A model generated the notes under the pieces. It was given only the letters and a program-made list of their open reading frames with translations. It was not told the origin of the DNA and ran no database searches. From sequence record NC_000929.1: a stretch of DNA of 36,717 nt. One strand, 5' to 3'. Below, in pieces: positions 9,177 to 17,859 of this stretch. The DNA comes from Escherichia phage Mu. Position 1 is the first letter of the stretch; each line of letters opens with the position of its first letter. A program made the position numbers and the translations under genes.

Positions 9177-9200
9177 AAGCCGGTTAATCCGGCTTTTTTT
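9177..9200 (+). terminator. Rho-independent terminator ending the early operon
   Basis: Stem AAGCCGG / CCGGCTT with loop TTAAT, followed by a run of seven T, 7 nt after the mor stop codon. Confidence 0.8.
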
Positions 9201-9247
9201 ACGTCCTCAATATCCTGTGATGAATAACCGTACCGGGGAAAATCATC
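9201..9247 (+). promoter_or_regulatory. Probable middle promoter Pm region (Mor-dependent)
   Basis: Placed by inference: it lies between the early terminator and the first middle-operon ORF, and Mor is known to activate a middle promoter driving C. The Mor site may extend upstream into the terminator. Exact -10/-35 not resolved. Confidence 0.35.
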
Positions 9248-9466
9248 ATGGGTAAAGGCTGGAATGCATCCTTTCATCTTGGCAGACGTGAGCGGCTGCG
9301 TCAGGAGGTTTTGCACCGTGTCGCCGGTGGGCCACGTCCTGCGCCCCGCGACTATACCGGTCATGATGGCACCCACGGCAGTTATTACATGAAAGGCTGG
9401 CAGTCAGTTGATATGCCGGAAATTCTTCATCATTGCCTGCTTTACAGGGAGAAACATTATGTCTGA
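9248..9466 (+). CDS. Middle-operon hypothetical protein (72 aa)
   Basis: ORF with GGGGAAAA upstream of the ATG; first ORF after the early terminator. Confidence 0.55.
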   Translation: MGKGWNASFHLGRRERLRQEVLHRVAGGPRPAPRDYTGHDGTHGSYYMKGWQSVDMPEILHHCLLYREKHYV

Positions 9467-9821
9467 GCGTTCTGCTCGTCAGTGGCCTGATTTTTTATCG
9501 GTGGTGTTACTGGCGCTGTTATTGTGGATAAGTCTGTTTTGTGGCTGGCGCGCGCTGATGTTTTGCTGTGCCTCGGTTTTCAGTGTTGCTTTATGTGTTG
9601 CCGCTGATTGTCTGGATGCGCTGATAATGAGCTGCCGGGTGCCTGAACATTTTGCCCGGTTCGTCTGGCCTCTGACCTGGCTGGGGAGTCTGTCCGGGCT
9701 GGGATTAGCCGTGATGGCAACGTCTCAACTGAAAACGGGTCCTGAGCATGTCATCTGGGCGCTGGCCGGATTGCTGACGTTCTGGCTCTCATTTCGTTTT
9801 CGCGCTCGTCTGTTCGGGTAA
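9459..9821 (+). CDS. Middle-operon predicted membrane protein (120 aa)
   Basis: ATG at 9459 preceded by AGGGAGAAA; the product has several hydrophobic stretches (VVLLALLLWISLF, GLGLAVMA, WALAGLLTFWL). Confidence 0.6.
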   Translation: MSERSARQWPDFLSVVLLALLLWISLFCGWRALMFCCASVFSVALCVAADCLDALIMSCRVPEHFARFVWPLTWLGSLSGLGLAVMATSQLKTGPEHVIWALAGLLTFWLSFRFRARLFG

Positions 9822-9830
9822 AGGGGCACC

Positions 9831-9950
9831 ATGTACAGAAAATTCAGTGATGAATGTTTCGGGCCGTCCACGCTGATTAATGCGATAAAAGTGATTGCCC
9901 TTGTGGTTCTGATAACCATCAGTGCCGTGGTGTATCTTTCTGTCTGTTAA
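9831..9950 (+). CDS. Middle-operon small membrane peptide (39 aa)
   Basis: ATG at 9831 preceded by AAAGGGG; translates to MYRKFSDECFGPSTLINAIKVIALVVLITISAVVYLSVC with one hydrophobic helix. Below the 60-aa cutoff of the ORF track. Confidence 0.45.
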   Translation: MYRKFSDECFGPSTLINAIKVIALVVLITISAVVYLSVC

Positions 9951-9962
9951 CCGGGGGAAAAT

Positions 9963-10385
9963 ATGCAGCATGATTTATTTGAACACGATCCGGCAATTCG
10001 CCAGTTAATCGGACATATTGATAACATCCCGGCCCCGGAACTGGAATCACGCTGGCCCCGTTCGGTGGTTGATCTGATTGATGTTCTGGAAAACGAACTG
10101 AAACGCCAGAACGTCAGCAATCCCCGTGAACTTGCCCGTAAACAGGCCGTTGCCCTGTCCTGTTTTCTGGGTGGACGGCAGTTTTACATCCCCTGCGGCG
10201 ATACGATCCTGACCGCGTTACGCGACGATTTGCTTTACTGCCAGTTTAATGGTCGTAACATGGAAGAACTGCGTCGCCAGTACCGCCTGTCCCAGCCGCA
10301 GATCTACCAGATTATTGCCCGCCAGAGAAAGCTGCATACACGACGTCATCAGCCTGATCTGTTCTCACCTGAAACCCCAAAATAA
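9963..10385 (+). CDS. C: C, late transcription activator (140 aa)
   Basis: 140-aa ORF with GGGGGAAAA upstream; paralog of Mor; position before the lysis and morphogenesis genes. Confidence 0.9.
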   Translation: MQHDLFEHDPAIRQLIGHIDNIPAPELESRWPRSVVDLIDVLENELKRQNVSNPRELARKQAVALSCFLGGRQFYIPCGDTILTALRDDLLYCQFNGRNMEELRRQYRLSQPQIYQIIARQRKLHTRRHQPDLFSPETPK

Positions 10386-10406
10386 CCGGCATCCTGCCGG
10401 TTATTT
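10384..10406 (+). terminator. Probable terminator of the middle transcript
   Basis: Stem AACCGGC / GCCGGTT with loop ATCCT overlapping the C stop codon, followed by ATTT; the T-tail is weaker than at the early terminator. Confidence 0.55.
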
Positions 10407-10476
10407 CCTGTCACCATAATCCCGCACCTGCCACCTGATTTTTTAGACTGCCATCAGAGAATTTTTTCAGGGAAGC
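10407..10476 (+). promoter_or_regulatory. Probable C-dependent late promoter Plys
   Basis: Intergenic region upstream of lys containing ATAATCCCGCACCTG (10416-10430). The 9-mer CCCGCACCT recurs at a similar distance upstream of gene I. Confidence 0.45.
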
Positions 10477-10995
10477 ATGATGGCGGGGATACCAAAAAAA
10501 CTGAAAGCCGCACTGCTGGCTGTAACGATTGCCGGTGGCGGAGTGGGTGGTTATCAGGAAATGACCCGTCAGTCTCTGATCCACCTGGAAAATATCGCTT
10601 ATATGCCTTACCGCGATATTGCCGGTGTGCTTACGGTCTGTGTGGGACATACCGGGCCGGATATCGAAATGCGCCGTTACAGCCATGCGGAGTGTATGGC
10701 TCTCCTCGACAGTGATTTAAAACCGGTTTATGCGGCAATCGATCGTCTTGTCAGGGTGCCGCTGACGCCATATCAGAAAACGGCGCTGGCAACGTTTATT
10801 TTCAACACCGGTGTTACCGCATTCAGTAAATCAACGCTGCTGAAAAAACTCAATGCCGGTGATTACGCCGGAGCGCGTGACCAGATGGCCCGCTGGGTGT
10901 TTGCCGCAGGCCATAAATGGAAAGGACTGATGAACCGTCGCGAAGTGGAAATGGCAATCTGGAATATCAGGGGGGCGGATGACCTTCGCCAGTAA
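10477..10995 (+). CDS. lys: Endolysin with N-terminal signal-anchor-release (SAR) domain, lysozyme-like (172 aa)
   Basis: N-terminal weakly hydrophobic, Gly/Ala-rich segment (LKAALLAVTIAGGGVGGY) followed by a lysozyme-like body; recognised as Mu Lys. Confidence 0.88.
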   Translation: MMAGIPKKLKAALLAVTIAGGGVGGYQEMTRQSLIHLENIAYMPYRDIAGVLTVCVGHTGPDIEMRRYSHAECMALLDSDLKPVYAAIDRLVRVPLTPYQKTALATFIFNTGVTAFSKSTLLKKLNAGDYAGARDQMARWVFAAGHKWKGLMNRREVEMAIWNIRGADDLRQ

Positions 10996-11365
10996 AAGTT
11001 TACTACTGGCAGCCGTGTTTACCGCCGTTCTGTCCGGGGGGTTGTGGCACAGGCTGGACAGCACCCGCCACGATAACCAGACGCTGCGCCGTGAATTACA
11101 GACGGAGCAACAGGCCCGCCACACTGCTGAATGGTTGTTACACGGTCAGGAACAGACGATGCAGGTATTTTCCGCTATCCGTGCCGCAAATCGTGCCGCA
11201 CGGCTGGCAGATGAGACAGAACATCATGATGCAAAAGAAAAAATTACAACCGCCATTACTGGTGACAATTGCAGCACTCGTCCTGTGCCTGCCGTTGCTG
11301 CTGACAGGTTGCGGGAACTCGAAAAACGCACCCGTGCCATCGGTGGTGATCCTGCCCGAAATTGA
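10979..11365 (+). CDS. Inner-membrane spanin subunit (Rz-like, 128 aa)
   Basis: N-terminal transmembrane helix (LLLAAVFTAVLSGGLW) followed by a charged, probably coiled-coil periplasmic region; directly after lys. Confidence 0.75.
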   Translation: MTFASKSLLLAAVFTAVLSGGLWHRLDSTRHDNQTLRRELQTEQQARHTAEWLLHGQEQTMQVFSAIRAANRAARLADETEHHDAKEKITTAITGDNCSTRPVPAVAADRLRELEKRTRAIGGDPARN

Positions 11366-11567
11366 TACAGAACTGACGGAAGCAACGCCCGTTCCGCCCA
11401 TGCCACAGCCCCTGACGTGGGGAGCATCCCTTCTCTGGAATGCTGACCTGTTGATGGCGCTCGGGCAGTGCAACCGCGACAAGGCATCAGTCCGGGAACA
11501 GGAGATCCGAAGGAAAGAAATTTATGAACGAAGACCAGAACCGGGCGGTGGCGCTGCTGCTCGCTGA
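11226..11567 (+). CDS. Outer-membrane lipoprotein spanin subunit (Rz1-like), overlapping the inner-membrane spanin gene in another frame
   Basis: Start MMQKKK, signal peptide ending in the lipobox LLLTGC, Pro-rich mature region; begins inside the previous gene in the +1 frame and extends past it. The 3' extent is uncertain. Confidence 0.7.
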   Translation: MMQKKKLQPPLLVTIAALVLCLPLLLTGCGNSKNAPVPSVVILPEIDTELTEATPVPPMPQPLTWGASLLWNADLLMALGQCNRDKASVREQEIRRKEIYERRPEPGGGAAAR

Positions 11568-11718
11568 ACTCTGGCAGGGGGATACCCGTGATATTCCCCG
11601 CCCGGCGGCGTATGACCCGCCTGTATTGTGTGCCGGTTGCGGTCGTGAGCTGCGGCCTGATGTGCTGAGACAGCAGCCGATGGCGAACTACTGCCACTGG
11701 TGCCGTGGAGCAGAATAA
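11524..11718 (+). CDS. Small hypothetical protein with CxxC ... CxxC (64 aa)
   Basis: ORF with two CxxC pairs (CAGCG ... CHWC); function unknown. Confidence 0.55.
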   Translation: MNEDQNRAVALLLAELWQGDTRDIPRPAAYDPPVLCAGCGRELRPDVLRQQPMANYCHWCRGAE

Positions 11719-12017
11719 TGGATTTGATTTCAGTTTTAGCGTTATGGCCTTACCTGTTGCCTGTTGTGGCCGGTGGGGCCGTCTGGGCGATGCGTCGTAG
11801 TTTTGCCAGCACCGAGCGTGTGGAGCGTCTTGAAAACCGGATGACCGAAATGGAAACCCGCTACGCCAGCATCCCTGGCACAGAAGATGTACACGAAATG
11901 CGCCTGCGAATTGCAGAGCTGTCCGGCGATATCCGGGTGCTGTCCCAGCGGGTGCAGTCATTTTCCCATCAACTGGAGCTGCTGCTTGAAAACGCAGTAA
12001 ACCGGAGTAATTCATGA
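11718..12017 (+). CDS. Membrane-anchored coiled-coil protein (99 aa), candidate lysis accessory factor
   Basis: ATG at 11718 overlaps the previous stop (TAATG); N-terminal transmembrane helix (LISVLALWPYLLPVVAGGAVWA) then a coiled-coil region. Sits in the lysis cluster; I recall the equivalent Mu protein being implicated in endolysin release. Confidence 0.65.
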   Translation: MDLISVLALWPYLLPVVAGGAVWAMRRSFASTERVERLENRMTEMETRYASIPGTEDVHEMRLRIAELSGDIRVLSQRVQSFSHQLELLLENAVNRSNS

Positions 12018-12304
12018 TTAACGATATTCTGACCGAAGACCGTCGTCTGGTCATCCTGCGTTCCCTGATGGACTGCAATAACGAAGCAAACGAATCCATC
12101 CTTCAGGACTGTCTGGATGCATACGGACACAACGTTTCCCGCGATGTGGTTCGCGGCCAGATTGACTGGCTGGCAGAGCAGCAACTGGTCACCGTGGAAA
12201 ACCTGCGCGGCTTTTATGTCGTAACGCTGACCTCCCGAGGTCAGGATGTGGCAGAAGGTCGTGCCCGCGTTGCCGGTGTCAAGCGTCCTCGTCCCCGTGC
12301 ATGA
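12014..12304 (+). CDS. Hypothetical protein (96 aa)
   Basis: ATGA start/stop overlap with the previous gene; GGAG RBS. Confidence 0.65.
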   Translation: MINDILTEDRRLVILRSLMDCNNEANESILQDCLDAYGHNVSRDVVRGQIDWLAEQQLVTVENLRGFYVVTLTSRGQDVAEGRARVAGVKRPRPRA

Positions 12305-12891
12305 CAGGAGGCGTGATGGACAGGAAAACACGGGGCCGGGCTTCAAAAGTGGATTTACTGCCGGAAAACGTACGTAAAACGCTGCATGAAATGCTGCGTG
12401 ATAAAGCGATCCCACAGGCCCGCATTCTGGAAGAAATTAACGCACTGATTGAAGACGCAGGCCTGCCGGATGAGATGAAACTCTCCCGTTCCGGTCTGAA
12501 TCGTTACGCGACGAACGTCGAGCAGGTAGGCCATAACCTGCGACAGATGCGTGAAATGACGTCAGCACTGACCGCAGAACTTGGCGACAAGCCAATGGGA
12601 GAAACCACAAAGCTGATTCTGGAAATGGCCCGCAGCCAGCTTTTTAAGGCCATGATGCGGCAAATCGAAAACCCGGAATCTGACGTGGATATTGACCTGC
12701 TGAAAAATGCCATGCTGGCGGCACAGCGTCTGGAATCCACGGCAATGTCCAGCCACCGGCGCGAGAAAGAAATCCGCCAGGCATTCGCAGAAGAAGCGGC
12801 AAACGCCGTCAGTGAAGAACTGCGCGGGCAGGATGGCATCAGCGAAGAGCTGGAGCAGCGTATCCGTGATGTACTGCTGGGTAAGGCATGA
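12301..12891 (+). CDS. D: Probable terminase small subunit / DNA-packaging protein (alternative start 12316)
   Basis: Located immediately upstream of the terminase large subunit; ATGA overlap with the previous gene. The gene letter D is assigned from memory and is less certain. Confidence 0.65.
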   Translation: MTGGVMDRKTRGRASKVDLLPENVRKTLHEMLRDKAIPQARILEEINALIEDAGLPDEMKLSRSGLNRYATNVEQVGHNLRQMREMTSALTAELGDKPMGETTKLILEMARSQLFKAMMRQIENPESDVDIDLLKNAMLAAQRLESTAMSSHRREKEIRQAFAEEAANAVSEELRGQDGISEELEQRIRDVLLGKA

Positions 12892-12898
12892 GAGGGTT

Positions 12899-14554
12899 AT
12901 GAACACCAGAGAAAACAACCTTAAAGCCCTTCATGCGCCCCGCAAAATCAACCTGCGTGAGGAAGCCGGACTGCTCGGCGTGGATATCGTGACCGATATC
13001 GGGGAAGCACAGCCCCGCAATGAACCGGTTTTTCTGGGCTATCAGCGCCGCTGGTTTGAGGATGAAAGCCAGATTTGTATTGCTGAAAAATCCCGTCGTA
13101 CTGGCCTGACGTGGGCCGAAGCAGGCCGCAATGTCATGACGGCAGCGAAGCCGAAGCGTCGCGGTGGTCGCAATGTCTTTTATGTGGGTTCCCGTCAGGA
13201 AATGGCGCTGGAATACATCGCCGCCTGTGCCCTGTTTGCCCGCGCCTTTAACCAGCTGGCAAAGGCTGATGTCTGGGAGCAGACCTTCTGGGACAGCGAT
13301 AAAAAAGAAGAAATCCTCACTTATATGATCCGCTTTCCGAACAGCGGATTTAAGATACAGGCGCTGTCAAGCCGCCCGTCTAACCTGCGTGGTTTGCAGG
13401 GGGACGTGGTGATTGATGAGGCGGCATTCCATGAAGCCCTGGACGAACTCCTGAAAGCGGCCTTTGCACTAAACATGTGGGGTGCCAGCGTGCGCATCAT
13501 ATCGACACATAACGGCGTCGATAATTTGTTTAATCAGTACATTCAGGATGCGCGCGAGGGGCGCAAGGATTACAGCGTTCACCGCATCACGCTGGATGAT
13601 GCCATCGCTGACGGGTTATACCGACGTATCTGTTACGTCACGAATCAGCCGTGGTCGCCGGAAGCGGAAAAAGCCTGGCGTGATGGCCTGTACCGGAATG
13701 CGCCGAATAAAGAGAGTGCCGACGAGGAATACGGCTGCATTCCTAAAAAATCCGGGGGCGCTTATCTGTCACGCGTGCTGATTGAAGCCGCCATGACGCC
13801 AGCGCGGGATATCCCGGTTCTGCGTTTTGAAGCCCCGGACGATTTTGAATCGCTGACACCACAAATGCGCCACGGCATCGTTCAGGACTGGTGTGAACAG
13901 GAGCTGCTCCCGTTGCTCGATGCGCTGTCGCCGCTCAATAAACACGTACTGGGCGAAGACTTTGCACGCCGTGGCGACCTGACGGTGTTTGTGCCGCTTG
14001 CCATCACGCCTGACTTACGCAAACGCGAATGTTTCCGCGTGGAGCTGCGTAATGTGACCTATGACCAGCAGCGACAAATCCTTTTATTCATTCTGTCCCG
14101 TTTGCCCCGTTTTACCGGCGCTGCATTTGATGCCACCGGTAACGGCGGTTATCTGGCAGAGGCCGCCCGTCTGATTTATGGCCCGGAGATGATCGACTGC
14201 ATCAGTCTGACCCCCGCCTGGTATCAGGAGTGGATGCCAAAACTGAAAGGCGAGTTTGAAGCGCAGAACATCACGATTGCCAGGCATCAGACCACACTTG
14301 ATGACCTGCTTCATATCAAGGTGGATAAGGGGATCCCGCAGATTGACAAGGGGCGCACAAAAGATGAAGGCGGTAAAGGCCGACGACATGGCGACTTTGC
14401 CGTGGCGCTCTGTATGGCTGTCAGGGCGTCTTATATGAATGGTTTTGTTATCGACGAGGACAGCATACAGGCGCTGCCACCACGCCACCGTGGTGATGAT
14501 GTTGATAACGATGATTTTGATGATTATCACCAGTTTGAACGAGGGGGCTGGTAA
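12899..14554 (+). CDS. E: Terminase large subunit (551 aa)
   Basis: ATG at 12899 preceded by GAGAGGG and following the upstream stop (TGA 12889-12891). Position before the portal gene. The ORF-track start at 12707 is an in-frame upstream extension overlapping the previous gene. Gene letter E assigned from memory. Confidence 0.85.
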   Translation: MNTRENNLKALHAPRKINLREEAGLLGVDIVTDIGEAQPRNEPVFLGYQRRWFEDESQICIAEKSRRTGLTWAEAGRNVMTAAKPKRRGGRNVFYVGSRQEMALEYIAACALFARAFNQLAKADVWEQTFWDSDKKEEILTYMIRFPNSGFKIQALSSRPSNLRGLQGDVVIDEAAFHEALDELLKAAFALNMWGASVRIISTHNGVDNLFNQYIQDAREGRKDYSVHRITLDDAIADGLYRRICYVTNQPWSPEAEKAWRDGLYRNAPNKESADEEYGCIPKKSGGAYLSRVLIEAAMTPARDIPVLRFEAPDDFESLTPQMRHGIVQDWCEQELLPLLDALSPLNKHVLGEDFARRGDLTVFVPLAITPDLRKRECFRVELRNVTYDQQRQILLFILSRLPRFTGAAFDATGNGGYLAEAARLIYGPEMIDCISLTPAWYQEWMPKLKGEFEAQNITIARHQTTLDDLLHIKVDKGIPQIDKGRTKDEGGKGRRHGDFAVALCMAVRASYMNGFVIDEDSIQALPPRHRGDDVDNDDFDDYHQFERGGW

Positions 14555-16092
14555 TGGGCCGTATTCTGGATATTTCCGGGCAGCCGTTTGATTTTGACGA
14601 TGAAATGCAGAGCCGCAGCGATGAGCTGGCAATGGTCATGAAGCGCACGCAGGAGCATCCTTCCAGTGGTGTGACGCCGAACCGGGCCGCGCAGATGCTG
14701 CGTGATGCCGAACGCGGTGATCTGACAGCACAGGCTGACCTGGCCTTTGATATGGAAGAAAAGGACACCCACCTTTTTTCCGAACTGAGCAAACGCCGCC
14801 TTGCCATTCAGGCGCTGGAATGGCGCATCGCTCCGGCACGTGATGCCAGCGCACAGGAGAAAAAAGACGCCGACATGCTGAATGAATATCTGCATGATGC
14901 GGCGTGGTTTGAAGATGCCCTGTTTGATGCCGGTGATGCCATTCTCAAGGGCTATTCCATGCAGGAGATTGAATGGGGCTGGCTGGGGAAAATGCGCGTG
15001 CCGGTGGCGCTGCATCATCGCGATCCGGCGCTGTTCTGCGCGAACCCCGACAATCTGAACGAATTACGCCTGCGTGATGCGTCTTATCACGGGCTGGAGC
15101 TGCAACCGTTCGGCTGGTTTATGCACCGGGCCAAATCCCGCACCGGGTATGTCGGCACCAATGGCCTTGTGCGCACGCTTATCTGGCCTTTTATTTTTAA
15201 AAACTATTCCGTGCGTGATTTTGCAGAGTTTCTGGAAATTTACGGACTCCCCATGCGCGTCGGTAAATATCCGACCGGCTCAACGAACCGCGAGAAAGCC
15301 ACGCTGATGCAGGCCGTGATGGATATCGGGCGACGTGCCGGTGGCATTATTCCGATGGGGATGACGCTGGATTTTCAGAGCGCCGCAGATGGTCAGTCAG
15401 ACCCTTTTATGGCGATGATTGGCTGGGCAGAAAAAGCGATTTCAAAAGCCATTCTGGGCGGCACCCTGACCACAGAGGCTGGCGATAAAGGTGCGCGGTC
15501 GCTGGGTGAAGTGCATGATGAGGTTCGCCGGGAAATCCGTAACGCGGATGTGGGCCAGCTTGCCCGCAGTATTAACCGTGACCTGATTTATCCCCTGCTG
15601 GCACTGAACAGTGACAGCACCATTGATATTAACCGCCTGCCGGGCATTGTATTTGATACCAGTGAAGCGGGTGATATTACGGCACTGTCTGACGCCATTC
15701 CGAAACTGGCGGCGGGAATGCGTATTCCGGTCTCCTGGATACAGGAAAAACTTCATATTCCACAGCCGGTCGGTGATGAAGCCGTGTTTACTATACAACC
15801 GGTTGTCCCGGATAACGGTTCGCAGAAAGAGGCCGCATTATCCGCTGAAGATATCCCGCAGGAGGATGATATCGACCGGATGGGCGTCTCACCGGAAGAC
15901 TGGCAGCGTTCGGTTGACCCCCTGCTGAAACCCGTCATTTTTTCTGTGCTGAAAGATGGCCCGGAAGCCGCCATGAACAAAGCCGCTTCATTATATCCGC
16001 AGATGGATGATGCAGAACTTATCGACATGCTGACCCGTGCCATTTTTGTTGCCGATATATGGGGGCGTCTGGATGCCGCAGCAGACCATTGA
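14554..16092 (+). CDS. H: Portal protein (512 aa)
   Basis: TAATG overlap with the terminase stop; 512-aa ORF in the expected position between terminase and head morphogenesis genes. Confidence 0.88.
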   Translation: MGRILDISGQPFDFDDEMQSRSDELAMVMKRTQEHPSSGVTPNRAAQMLRDAERGDLTAQADLAFDMEEKDTHLFSELSKRRLAIQALEWRIAPARDASAQEKKDADMLNEYLHDAAWFEDALFDAGDAILKGYSMQEIEWGWLGKMRVPVALHHRDPALFCANPDNLNELRLRDASYHGLELQPFGWFMHRAKSRTGYVGTNGLVRTLIWPFIFKNYSVRDFAEFLEIYGLPMRVGKYPTGSTNREKATLMQAVMDIGRRAGGIIPMGMTLDFQSAADGQSDPFMAMIGWAEKAISKAILGGTLTTEAGDKGARSLGEVHDEVRREIRNADVGQLARSINRDLIYPLLALNSDSTIDINRLPGIVFDTSEAGDITALSDAIPKLAAGMRIPVSWIQEKLHIPQPVGDEAVFTIQPVVPDNGSQKEAALSAEDIPQEDDIDRMGVSPEDWQRSVDPLLKPVIFSVLKDGPEAAMNKAASLYPQMDDAELIDMLTRAIFVADIWGRLDAAADH

Positions 16093-17392
16093 TCTGGCGT
16101 ATGCCGCGCGCCTCCCGCCAAAGGAGGCTGTCGCGTATTTCCGCGCCAAAGGCTACAACATCACCTGGAACTGGTACGAACAACTGGCAGACGCGCACGC
16201 CCGCGCCTTTACCGTTGCCAAAGCCACCCGGATGGATGTCCTGACCACAATCCGTGAGGAAGTGGAGCGGGCTGTCAGTGAAGGCATCACCCGTGAGGAA
16301 TTTACCCGCACACTGGCCCCCCGGCTGCAAAAACTCGGATGGTGGGGAAAACAAATCATCGTGGATGCAGAGGGAAACGCGAAGGAAATCGAACTGGGCA
16401 GTCCGCGTCGTCTGGCAACCATTTATAACGTCAATACCCGTACGGCGTATGGGGCAGGACGTTATGCGCAGATGATGAATACCGCCGATTTGTACCCGTA
16501 CTGGCAGTACGTTGCCGTTATGGATGGCAGAACACGCCCGGAACATGCGCGGCTGCACAATATGGTTTTCCAGTATGACGACATTTTCTGGCAGACGCAT
16601 TACCCGCCCAATGGCTGGAACTGCCGCTGTCGCGTCCGGGCGCTGTCTGCGGCCCGCATGAAAGAACTGGGGCTACAGGTCAGTTATGGTGCGTCATTCA
16701 TGAATACCCGCGAAGTGGATGCCGGTACGGATGAAAGCACCGGAGAGATTTTCCGCACATCGTCAACCACGTTTGACAACGGTCGGGTAAAAATGACGCC
16801 AGATGTGGGCTGGTCATATAACCCCGGTTCGGCGGCATTTGGTACGGATCAGGCACTGATTCGAAAACTGGTGGAAGTTCGTGACGCGCAGCTGCGTGAG
16901 CAGGTTGTTCAGACGCTGAATAACAGCCGGGAGCGTCAGCTTGCTTTTTCCCTCTGGCTTAAACGCCTGGCAGGATCACGTCAGACCGGTCATGAAATCC
17001 GGGCGCTGGGGTTTATGACGGGATCCGTGGCTGAAGCCGTATATCAGCGCACCGGGAATATGCCAGCCCGTCTGCTTGTAATGAACGGGAAAAGTCTGGC
17101 GACCACTGCTGATGCCGCCCTGAAACCGGAGGATTTACAGCGTCTGCCGTCGCTGATGGCAAAACCACAGGCGGTATTGTGGGACAGGGAGAACCACCAG
17201 TTGCTGTATGTTGTGGCAACCCGTGACGGCACGGCCCGGATTGTGGTCAGAACATCACAGACAGTCGGCAGGCAGAATGACCGGGCGGATGTGCTGGTCA
17301 GTATCAGCCGCGTATCTGCACAGTCGCTTGAAGCCGCGATTGCTGACGGGATGATTGACGTACTGGAGGGGCATGTGGAGGTGAATAAGTGA
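16073..17392 (+). CDS. F: Head morphogenesis / virion protein F (439 aa)
   Basis: ATG at 16073 overlaps the portal 3' end by 20 nt; the ORF-track start at 16037 is a GTG. Confidence 0.82.
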   Translation: MPQQTIDLAYAARLPPKEAVAYFRAKGYNITWNWYEQLADAHARAFTVAKATRMDVLTTIREEVERAVSEGITREEFTRTLAPRLQKLGWWGKQIIVDAEGNAKEIELGSPRRLATIYNVNTRTAYGAGRYAQMMNTADLYPYWQYVAVMDGRTRPEHARLHNMVFQYDDIFWQTHYPPNGWNCRCRVRALSAARMKELGLQVSYGASFMNTREVDAGTDESTGEIFRTSSTTFDNGRVKMTPDVGWSYNPGSAAFGTDQALIRKLVEVRDAQLREQVVQTLNNSRERQLAFSLWLKRLAGSRQTGHEIRALGFMTGSVAEAVYQRTGNMPARLLVMNGKSLATTADAALKPEDLQRLPSLMAKPQAVLWDRENHQLLYVVATRDGTARIVVRTSQTVGRQNDRADVLVSISRVSAQSLEAAIADGMIDVLEGHVEVNK

Positions 17393-17859
17393 GTCTTGAT
17401 ATGAACGTTGCCGTGGATGTGCGACGTATTCAGCTTGCGCTGGATGAACTGGGAACCGTCACACGTGACCGCGCCATTCCCCGAGTGATGGCTGCGGCGC
17501 TGCTGTCATCCACGGAACAGGCATTTGAACGGCAGGCAGACCCGGATACAGGGAAAGGCTGGGAAGCGTGGAGCGATTCGTGGCTGGCATGGCGTCAGGA
17601 TCATGGTTTTGTTCCGGGCAGTATCCTTACCCTGCATGGCGATCTGGCACGCAGTATTACCACCGATTATGGACAGGATTATGCCCTGATTGGTTCGCCA
17701 AAAATTTATGCTGCCATTCATCAGTGGGGCGGTACACCCGATATGGCACCCCGCCCGGCAGGCGTTCCTGCGCGTCCTTATATGGGGCTGGATAAGACCG
17801 GGGAACAGGAAATTTTTGATGCCATCAGAAAACGCGTCAGCGCCGCTCTGAGGCAATAA
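17389..17859 (+). CDS. G: Virion morphogenesis protein G (156 aa)
   Basis: GTG start at 17389 overlapping the F stop, with GGAGG 7 nt upstream; an alternative ATG lies at 17401. Confidence 0.78.
   Translation: MSLDMNVAVDVRRIQLALDELGTVTRDRAIPRVMAAALLSSTEQAFERQADPDTGKGWEAWSDSWLAWRQDHGFVPGSILTLHGDLARSITTDYGQDYALIGSPKIYAAIHQWGGTPDMAPRPAGVPARPYMGLDKTGEQEIFDAIRKRVSAALRQ

Noticed and set aside
11224-12099. 291-aa minus-strand ORF
   Set aside because: Lies entirely antisense to the spanin and downstream lysis-cassette genes in GC-rich sequence, with no RBS noted and a low-complexity Arg/Ser/Ala-rich translation. Most likely a shadow ORF.
12707-12898. Upstream in-frame extension of the terminase large subunit ORF
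   Set aside because: It overlaps most of the 3' end of the preceding gene, and its translation is Arg/Ser/Cys-rich junk. The ATG at 12899 with an RBS directly after the upstream stop is a far better start.
14084-14632. 182-aa minus-strand ORF, plus further antisense ORFs at 14448-15018 and 16019-16600
   Set aside because: Antisense to the terminase, portal and F genes, which are contiguous and well supported on the plus strand.
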